Below, in pieces: positions 56,912 through 64,000 of a stretch of DNA of 64,000 nucleotides. The stretch's first letter is position 1; every line of letters begins with the position of its first letter. Origin of the DNA: a virus (Duplodnaviria; Caudoviricetes); the IMG/VR virus record IMGVR_UViG_3300037067_006949, positions 32,001-96,000 of that record; one strand, 5' to 3'. The notes under the pieces are model-generated. The model saw only the letters and a program-made list of their open reading frames with translations. It was not told the DNA's origin and searched no databases. The translations under genes and the position numbers were made by a program.

Positions 56912-57325
56912 TTAATTTGTCATTGAAAACGATATTGCGCTTGCAGAAAATGAAACAGTTGTGGCATCCTGTACGATTTTTGGAGATAACAATGTTTGAT
57001 AGAACCAAACATTTCCAGTAGCAGATGCGGAAGTATCCGCCAAAAATACATCGGAAATGGTTCCCCAAGATGCTGTGCTTACCGGAAACGTAATATCAAC
57101 ATTATTATAAAGAGAACCACTAGAAGAATAGGTAAAGTTAGATTTGTTATTTGCCAATCCAACTCTAGCATATCCTTTACCTCCCGTTGGTTCTGTTGCA
57201 TTAGAACCGCTACTAGAAATAGTTGTTGTACTTAAACCAATATAATAATTGGCTGGAGGCGAAAATGACACACCTCCAAACATATTATTAAGTACTGATC
57301 CAGATGCATAATAAGTTATGGACAT
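56912..57325 (-). CDS. tail-associated structural protein
   Basis: YIGL.T, E..G..YAR, ITFP....WGTI pattern of phage tail proteins. Confidence 0.65.
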   Translation of the reverse strand: MSITYYASGSVLNNMFGGVSFSPPANYYIGLSTTTISSSGSNATEPTGGKGYARVGLANNKSNFTYSSSGSLYNNVDITFPVSTASWGTISDVFLADTSASATGNVWFYQTLLSPKIVQDATTVSFSASAISFSMTN

Positions 57326-57337
57326 CGGTTTGCCTCC

Positions 57338-57682
57338 TTATGAAATTTGAGAAAATATTTGAATAATCCCTTGTGATGGCCTGGCAACACTAGAGCCAGT
57401 TGTTATCACGGGTTGATGTATGAACTTTCCAGATAGAGTTGCCGTATCAGTAGGCGCAAGTATCACTTGCATTCTGTTATTTGGAACGCCAGGAACAGTT
57501 GCGTTTTTTGTTAATATGGCACTTCCACTTCCATATCTCGCCATCTCCCAAGTACAAGTACTGCCACCCAAGTCCATCGCCGTACTTCCGCTAGTATATA
57601 TATCAAACGTAAATTCTTGTTCTGTTCCGGCAATAAATGAGACTTGTTCCAAGTCACAAGCCGTAACCAAAGAAAAGGACAT
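57338..57682 (-). CDS. BppU-like baseplate/tail adaptor
   Basis: DL.G.T, V.L.P.DTA.L.G.F pattern. Confidence 0.55.
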   Translation of the reverse strand: MSFSLVTACDLEQVSFIAGTEQEFTFDIYTSGSTAMDLGGSTCTWEMARYGSGSAILTKNATVPGVPNNRMQVILAPTDTATLSGKFIHQPVITTGSSVARPSQGIIQIFSQIS

Positions 57683-57684
57683 TG

Positions 57685-57873
57685 TTACCCTCCTTCCTTG
57701 ACAGGCGTTTCTTGAGCCTGTTTTTGTTCGTTTAATTGTTGAATGACCTGTTGCAACGTATATATTGAGTTATAAAGCAACTGAAGATTTGGCATCCCCT
57801 TCACTTCTAATTGATTCAACGTATTGTAGGTGTCAACAAGTTTTTTAAATGTTTCAAAATCTAAATTGTACAT
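57685..57873 (-). CDS. hypothetical protein
   Basis: GGAG RBS; tail operon. Confidence 0.6.
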   Translation of the reverse strand: MYNLDFETFKKLVDTYNTLNQLEVKGMPNLQLLYNSIYTLQQVIQQLNEQKQAQETPVKEGG

Positions 57874-57884
57874 AATTCTCCATT

Positions 57885-59939
57885 TTAATTTTCTTCACCA
57901 GAAATTTTTTTAAGATCGGCAATAGGAACGCCACTTACTTTCTTGATATTTTCGAAAAGAACTCCACCAATAGATTTTATTCTACCAGCAACACCAGAAA
58001 TTATCCCCATATATACATATCCATTTTTTTGTCCTGCAATTGCTATGTTTCCAGTATTATTTATGCCAATAGATTGCCATGTGCCAGAAGTTTCTAAACT
58101 CCAAGATGCTCCAGAATTAAAGGAAGAATATATGCCATCCGCATATTCTATTGATAGCGCAATTGCTCCAGCGCCAGAGCACGAAACGCCTTCCCAATCA
58201 TTATATTCTGTTCCAACACTCCAAGACGAACAAGAATCGTGAGAATAGTATACATATCCCCCTTCTTTTGAGGCATATACCTTTGTTCCGGTTGTATCGC
58301 AACCAACTCCAGTCCAACTATAATTATCTTCTAAATCTCCACCAGGAGCAGTCTGCGTCCATGAAATGCCATAGTTAATGGAAAAATACAACCCTCCCCA
58401 CCCTCCTCCTATCATAAAACGTCCATCTGCACTACATGCTAAATTATCAGTAAATCCCAATCCTTCGCTTGCCAAAGACCAACTTATGCCATAATCAGAC
58501 GATAAGTACAAATTATCGTAACTATATTCCCCTACTATTATATATCTTCCGTCTGAACTCATAGCCGATCCGTACCAATCACCATCATAAGGAGAACCAG
58601 TGGGAAATATTTCATTCCAAGTAGAACCCGAAGTATGCGATAAATATATTCTTCCACCATTTTCTCCCGCCAACATGTAACTTCCATCGCTACTGACACA
58701 TACCGTAGACCATCCTTGAATGCTTGGGTTTGTGCTTGGTGAAATTTCCGCCCACGGGCTTCCGCTAATGGGATTATTTACATAAACGTATCCGTTATTA
58801 TAATCTCCGGCTAATTTAATTGTTCCAGAAGAATCAATTGCAACTTCATACTTTGATTTTTTTTGAAATCCAATATATGGATAAATATTGCCCCAAGTTT
58901 CTCCTTGATCTAAAGATTTGAATATTGGATTACTTCCTCCAACCACCGCATAGACAATAGATGATGAGCTTCCGCTAAAAAATGGCGGATATGTTAAATT
59001 TCCTATCGTAAATGTTTTGGAACTCCATGAGTCGCCTGAATTTAAAGATTTATAAGTTCCCTTCGTCCCACATGCAACAAATGCACAACTTGCATCCATA
59101 CTCATACTTCCAAAACCAAGAACGTTACCTCCTGGGCTTGCTATTATGATTATTTTGCTCCAGTTGGCTCCGCCATCATGCGTTGTAAAACATCCAAAAG
59201 CGTAAGAAGGGGCTCCAGATAAACTTCCAAAAACAACCATGTTGGAAAAGGTATCATCATTCGCCATCGTATATGCCAAATAAAAATTAGTATATGGTTC
59301 ATCCAATACAAGATTCCATGTATAACCATAATCAATTGAAACTTGTATTTGCTGGTAAGTAACTCCAGACACATAAACGTTCCTTGTAAGTACGGACATC
59401 TTGCTTCCATCCGAGCTTATAGATGTTACCATTATTATGCACGTGCTATAACTTGCGTGCTGAACATAGGCATTCCAAGTTAATCCATAATCCCTAGATA
59501 CAAATACACATCTCTCATTTCCTCCGCCACTTGCTGCGTCTGCCCTAACTATAATATACCTTCCATCAGAGCTACAATGAATTTGATTATAAGATTCATA
59601 AAGACCTAAGTTATGTCCTGCTGGTTGCACAGCAGTATATTCTTTGGTGTCTCTATCATAAATCATAACCCAATTTAGATAGACTCCATTACCAGAACAC
59701 AGATATATGTTTCCACTATTAGATGGGGCTGCTACTTGTGGAGTGCCATATTCGGGAGGTGTCGTAAGCTGTTCCCAAGTTAATCCGGCATCGTAACTTG
59801 CATAAATAAGGCTTTCAGCAGAAGAAGCCACACAAATTGTCAGACCGTCTTGGCTTATCGAAACTACTCCCCAACCATCACCATAATTTGAATCAATATC
59901 ATATTTCGCCAAATCTTGCTTTGTCCATGTAATTGCCAT
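57885..59939 (-). CDS. Asp-box/BNR beta-propeller protein, likely receptor-binding
   Basis: Many S.D.G.TW motifs and SSDG repeats. Confidence 0.75.
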   Translation of the reverse strand: MAITWTKQDLAKYDIDSNYGDGWGVVSISQDGLTICVASSAESLIYASYDAGLTWEQLTTPPEYGTPQVAAPSNSGNIYLCSGNGVYLNWVMIYDRDTKEYTAVQPAGHNLGLYESYNQIHCSSDGRYIIVRADAASGGGNERCVFVSRDYGLTWNAYVQHASYSTCIIMVTSISSDGSKMSVLTRNVYVSGVTYQQIQVSIDYGYTWNLVLDEPYTNFYLAYTMANDDTFSNMVVFGSLSGAPSYAFGCFTTHDGGANWSKIIIIASPGGNVLGFGSMSMDASCAFVACGTKGTYKSLNSGDSWSSKTFTIGNLTYPPFFSGSSSSIVYAVVGGSNPIFKSLDQGETWGNIYPYIGFQKKSKYEVAIDSSGTIKLAGDYNNGYVYVNNPISGSPWAEISPSTNPSIQGWSTVCVSSDGSYMLAGENGGRIYLSHTSGSTWNEIFPTGSPYDGDWYGSAMSSDGRYIIVGEYSYDNLYLSSDYGISWSLASEGLGFTDNLACSADGRFMIGGGWGGLYFSINYGISWTQTAPGGDLEDNYSWTGVGCDTTGTKVYASKEGGYVYYSHDSCSSWSVGTEYNDWEGVSCSGAGAIALSIEYADGIYSSFNSGASWSLETSGTWQSIGINNTGNIAIAGQKNGYVYMGIISGVAGRIKSIGGVLFENIKKVSGVPIADLKKISGEEN

Positions 59940-62900
59940 TATAGCATCTCCACCTGTACCAAACTAGGATTAAAGAAAATTTTATTGCTTGCAATTGCAA
60001 CTCCTAAAATTTGAGCCACAACATTAGTTCCAGTTGGAACACTTTGTGTCATGCTTCCTCCAGTTCCTAGATATATAAGTCCGCCAACCGCCCAAGACCA
60101 CGAACTACTTGTGGCAATTCCGTATAATAAGAAGTGATTATTTCCCGCATACATGACAAGGCAATTAGAGGATGCTATTGCCGTATTGCTGGCAGGATAA
60201 ACCACTCCAGACGAAGCCACTCTTCCAACCGCTCCGAAGGAAAACGCTCCCGATGAGGAAAAATTATATTCAACTCCGCTTACATCCCCAGCAGCCGGAT
60301 TAGATAAAATCCACGCATTTCCAAGCATTCCGGCAGAAGAGCCTGACACAGTAGTACCCGTTAAAATGCCATTGGTAAATTTCAACGCTCCAGAACCAAT
60401 TGGGAATGTTCCACTCGCACCCTTTTCTCCAGCAGAATAAACATAACCATTAAGATTGATCTTTGTAGAACCATAGGTTGCCGTATTGCCAATGGTTACT
60501 TGATTTTGGTGATAAAGAAGAGCAGAATTTCTACTAATGGTAAGGGTACCAGACATTCCAGCTACAGATAGGCTAAATGCGCTATCTACACCAATCGTTG
60601 AAACTCCAGTTGCACTTTCGTACATTCTCGAATGCGCCCAATAAATATTGCTTCCAACTAGATTGATCCCCCTGATTGTTCCAGCATTTATAGTGTCTGC
60701 ATTGATATTTTTTAAGTGGCTTCCATCAAGCAAGCCGAGAAGATTGTCCGCATAGAAGTTTCCACTAAAAACAGCAGTATCGCCATCTATCCACAATCTC
60801 CCCAATTGAACTTTTCCATCGCTTCTGATGTAATTGCCATGGTCGTCAAATAATCCATTTGGATTTATATGCCATCCACCAATGTCTCCAGAAGAAGCGT
60901 TGATCTGACCAGAAAATGTTCCAGATGCACCAGATATGTTTCCGGCAAAAATCAAATTACCGTTCGTATCAATGTAAAGCTGATTGGCAAAACTTCCAGA
61001 AGAAGCTCTTTTTTGGATGACTATACCCACATTTGGGTCTAAAATTATCTTGCTATTCCCGTCGCTCTTCGTCAAAGTAAAGCTTGCATCATACAGCGTT
61101 GCACCAGCACCATCAACAATAAAAGTATTGTTTTGGTTGCTGATAAGAAGTTGATTGCTGGCAATCAAGTTACCAACGATTACTTCTGCAACCAGTCCAT
61201 AATATGATCCGCTACTCGTACTGATCTGACCAAGAGCCAGTCTAGATGTTTCAAATCCATCATCAGAAAACGCCAGAACACCATTGTTCATCCATAGTTG
61301 GTTAGGGCTGAATGAATTTGTTCCGGTGGACTGTCTTACTCGAATGCCGTTCTGGTTGATCAAAATATTTTGTCCAGAGCCACTAACAATATTGTTAGTA
61401 GCGGCGTCCAATGCAGAAGTGATAAAAGATGAAACAACATCTTTGTAGTTATTTCCCCAACTCGACCATTGCTCAGAATTGAAGCTGGTAGAAATAGCTG
61501 ATTGAGCCATCTGATCAAACAAATCAGAAAGTATATAACTGCTATTATCTAACCGCAATCTGTTTCCAAATATCAATGAAAAATCCGTTGGATCGTCATA
61601 GTTTAGGTCAAATCCTAACAAAACCGGATAGGATAACGTGCCATCTCCTAGTTCAAGCGTAACCACAGCCCCAAGAACAAGTTGATCAATAAACGGCTTG
61701 AAAACTTCGGTAAATATAAAGTTAGCAGATTCAACCGTAAATTCATATCTCGGTTGTGATATTTTTGCAAGAACATCTACAGCTTGATCATAAAGAGATT
61801 GCGCCTGAGCCTGTATTTCTACTACGCTCATGATGTCTGTTTGGATAAAGTTTTCATTATTGTAAGTTGATCCTATAACAAACGGAGACAACTCAATTAA
61901 TTGAACTTGCGTAAAATTCGTAGTAAATGATAAATCCGTATTTATCGCGGTCAATTGCGCGGTTACTGAAACAATTGTTGCTTCTAATGCTGTAATTTCA
62001 ACATTTTTTGCATCAATCAATCCTTGCTGTGCCTCCAATTGAATATTTATATCTGAGAAACTCAATCCCTGTTGGATACGTACCGACTTCACACCCTCCA
62101 AAGAATCAAAAGTCGTTTGCAGTTCAACGAGTTCAGCTTCTTTCGTAATCAAATATGCATTATCATTTTGTAAATCTGTAAGTAAAGAAGCGTAAGAAGC
62201 TTGGCTTGCAACCACCTTATTTTCCCAAATTGTAATTGCATCTACAAGACCTTGAGACATCCAATTGGTGGATTTAAAATGTGAAAAATTATATATTGTA
62301 TTCGTGCCCAAAGGATTGACTTGATTTATGCTTAAATTTCCGCCACCATATACCGTCAAAGCGGTGATAAGCTCGTCCGTTTTTTCCTTGATCTTGATGT
62401 TCTCAATAAGGTTATCGTAGCTCAAATAGATATCGGTGTTTGTCGTAGCGCCTTCTGTCGTATAAGCCGATATTGTTTTATTTATAGTGTCAAAATCGAA
62501 AACACATTGGTAGGTCGTTTCAACTGTCTGCATCAAGAAATTGTAGATAGTAGAGTCGCTCTCATCAAAAGTTCTATATAACATCAATAAGGGCGCATCT
62601 ATATGACCAACAGACCACCCAGGCAAATATGTTAATATCGTTCCTATTAGCGTTGTCGAAGGGTTGAATAAATCATAAAACTTATAAGTACCTTTAAATC
62701 CAGTTATCTTCTTTGTTACCAATTCTACTTCTAATGATTCCGCAGTAATTGTCTTTGTTTCGGCAATTCCGTTACCTTCTCTTTCAGGTTCGGTTATCAT
62801 GAAGTATCCCAAACCTTCCAAATAAATTAGGCGTCGATATTCTAGGTAGTCATAATATTCTACTTTTTCACCATCTATATATGCGTCTGCAACGAAAGAA

Positions 62901-63040
62901 ATTGATCCCAAACTGTTATATCTTGGCATAAACTTTCTATCACGTATACGCCCAAGCGAATACAGTTGTGTCTTGTCTGGATTACAAAGAATAAAGCTAG
63001 GAGGTTCATATAACCCAAAACTATCAAAATCTTGATTCAT
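59939..63040 (-). CDS. Tal-like tail spike/baseplate hub protein
   Basis: Follows Dit; prophage-endopeptidase-like N-terminus, coiled coil, beta-rich C-terminus. Confidence 0.7.
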   Translation of the reverse strand: MNQDFDSFGLYEPPSFILCNPDKTQLYSLGRIRDRKFMPRYNSLGSISFVADAYIDGEKVEYYDYLEYRRLIYLEGLGYFMITEPEREGNGIAETKTITAESLEVELVTKKITGFKGTYKFYDLFNPSTTLIGTILTYLPGWSVGHIDAPLLMLYRTFDESDSTIYNFLMQTVETTYQCVFDFDTINKTISAYTTEGATTNTDIYLSYDNLIENIKIKEKTDELITALTVYGGGNLSINQVNPLGTNTIYNFSHFKSTNWMSQGLVDAITIWENKVVASQASYASLLTDLQNDNAYLITKEAELVELQTTFDSLEGVKSVRIQQGLSFSDINIQLEAQQGLIDAKNVEITALEATIVSVTAQLTAINTDLSFTTNFTQVQLIELSPFVIGSTYNNENFIQTDIMSVVEIQAQAQSLYDQAVDVLAKISQPRYEFTVESANFIFTEVFKPFIDQLVLGAVVTLELGDGTLSYPVLLGFDLNYDDPTDFSLIFGNRLRLDNSSYILSDLFDQMAQSAISTSFNSEQWSSWGNNYKDVVSSFITSALDAATNNIVSGSGQNILINQNGIRVRQSTGTNSFSPNQLWMNNGVLAFSDDGFETSRLALGQISTSSGSYYGLVAEVIVGNLIASNQLLISNQNNTFIVDGAGATLYDASFTLTKSDGNSKIILDPNVGIVIQKRASSGSFANQLYIDTNGNLIFAGNISGASGTFSGQINASSGDIGGWHINPNGLFDDHGNYIRSDGKVQLGRLWIDGDTAVFSGNFYADNLLGLLDGSHLKNINADTINAGTIRGINLVGSNIYWAHSRMYESATGVSTIGVDSAFSLSVAGMSGTLTISRNSALLYHQNQVTIGNTATYGSTKINLNGYVYSAGEKGASGTFPIGSGALKFTNGILTGTTVSGSSAGMLGNAWILSNPAAGDVSGVEYNFSSSGAFSFGAVGRVASSGVVYPASNTAIASSNCLVMYAGNNHFLLYGIATSSSWSWAVGGLIYLGTGGSMTQSVPTGTNVVAQILGVAIASNKIFFNPSLVQVEML

Positions 63041-63051
63041 AAAACCTCCTT

Positions 63052-63861
63052 TTATCCGCCTATTTTTCTAGCAAATTGATATGTCATCTTAAATGAATAT
63101 AATCCACCAGCCAAAGTTAGCGAATTCAAACCAGGCAAAAGCCTGAACCATTTTTTATTAAATGCTCCCAATCGGTTTCCTCCATCAGAAACAATTGATT
63201 GAGTATAGTTGTTTACAGTTACCGTCTCACCAGAAGTAAGAGGCGTGGTTGCAGAGCCAGAAAATATGAAGGCTCGTTCACCATCTGTATGATTTGTCAA
63301 TGAAATGCTGTTGCCTATATTATTTGTCTTAAATTCTATTGTAGGATACAGATAATCAGAATCGTCCGAGTTGTTATCAAAAGTAAAGTTTAAATTTTGA
63401 ATTACGCCATCTGAAAATGTGTAAGACAACGATTTTTCTTCTGTAAATCCATAAGGAGCGTCACATTGAGCATGTAACGTCACCCCTCTTTGTATGTTGC
63501 CCACATATTTGTTTTCAGCAGAAATGAACATAACATTGAAATATACATCTCCAATATCATCTTGGCATATTCTTAATGGCAAATATGTATTTCTTCCCAA
63601 TAACCATTTTGATATAAACGATCTATCAACACCAGTAATGGAGTCGATACCTCCTATAGTTAAATCAAAAGTCAAGGGGGTATTCATGCTTTTGCCATAA
63701 AAATATGGTTTTTGCTTTCGATACAACCATGTTTGGTAAACAGTCGATTCACTTCCAGCAGGAGAATCTTCTGCTCCTCCAGTTTGTTCAAAGTTTAATA
63801 TTCTAAGGTTATAAGATTCACTTGTAACATTATCGAATATAAAATAATCTCCATAAAACAT
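63052..63861 (-). CDS. distal tail protein (Dit)
   Basis: F.FD...S..Y.L, CDAPYG, N.SD...YP.I, L.PG.N.L. Confidence 0.7.
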   Translation of the reverse strand: MFYGDYFIFDNVTSESYNLRILNFEQTGGAEDSPAGSESTVYQTWLYRKQKPYFYGKSMNTPLTFDLTIGGIDSITGVDRSFISKWLLGRNTYLPLRICQDDIGDVYFNVMFISAENKYVGNIQRGVTLHAQCDAPYGFTEEKSLSYTFSDGVIQNLNFTFDNNSDDSDYLYPTIEFKTNNIGNSISLTNHTDGERAFIFSGSATTPLTSGETVTVNNYTQSIVSDGGNRLGAFNKKWFRLLPGLNSLTLAGGLYSFKMTYQFARKIGG

Positions 63862-63892
63862 GTATTTACCTCCTTTCAGATTGCATTACAAC

Positions 63893-63924
63893 ATCGTGGC
63901 GAGAAAAGTTTCTCTCGCCACGAT
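63893..63924. other. strong hairpin upstream of dit
   Basis: ATCGTGGCGAGA/TCTCGCCACGAT 12-bp stem. Confidence 0.6.
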
Positions 63925-63935
63925 ATCCAAAGTTA

Positions 63936-64000
63936 TTATAAACTATACGAATTCGCATTCTTCTGATTTCCCCTCAACTTCATCGCCTTGTAAACCGTTG
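63936..64000 (-). CDS. 3' end of upstream gene (position suggests tape measure), partial
   Basis: Open frame ...KAMKLRGNQKNANSYSL*; lies upstream of dit. Confidence 0.35.
   Translation of the reverse strand, partial: TVYKAMKLRGNQKNANSYSL

Noticed and set aside
1-64000. Stop-codon reassignment, DGR or retron
   Set aside because: Long genes are intact in code 11 with all three stops used; no reverse transcriptase or TR/VR pair seen.

Overview
A 64-kb internal segment of a large, AT-rich tailed bacteriophage, probably a siphovirus (Dit/Tal-type tail) infecting an anaerobic, probably monoderm host; the host call is inference only. The layout has four parts. (1) About 1-28.7 kb, + strand: dense small accessory ORFs, three DNA methyltransferases, a Mom-like modifier, an alarmone hydrolase, an RNA ligase, a GMP reductase, a Xer-like tyrosine recombinase, tRNA-His, tRNA-Ile(UAU) and several structured RNAs. 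(2) About 27.3-35.3 kb: replication genes (Sak4-like ATPase, SSB, primase-helicase, Cas4-like nuclease, DnaE). (3) About 35.3-52.8 kb: a 13-kb CDP-dideoxysugar/glycosyltransferase cluster, then nucleotide metabolism (class II RNR, dUTPase). (4) About 52.8-64 kb, - strand: lysis and tail genes. The main discovery is 31 copies, found by eye, of a 20-bp palindrome, C(A/T)TAAAA-N6-TTTTA(A/T)G, each with a different 6-bp spacer. They sit at gene boundaries, 30 of them in the accessory region, and bracket individual genes (all four DNA-modification genes and an RNA-only unit) around a free-standing tyrosine recombinase. This suggests an integron/pdif-like gene-cassette system in a phage; a repressor-operator regulon is the main alternative. 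A second candidate system is a dideoxysugar glycosylation cluster paired with virion proteins rich in (S/T)GS motifs. All functional calls come from motif recognition; no database searches were run.
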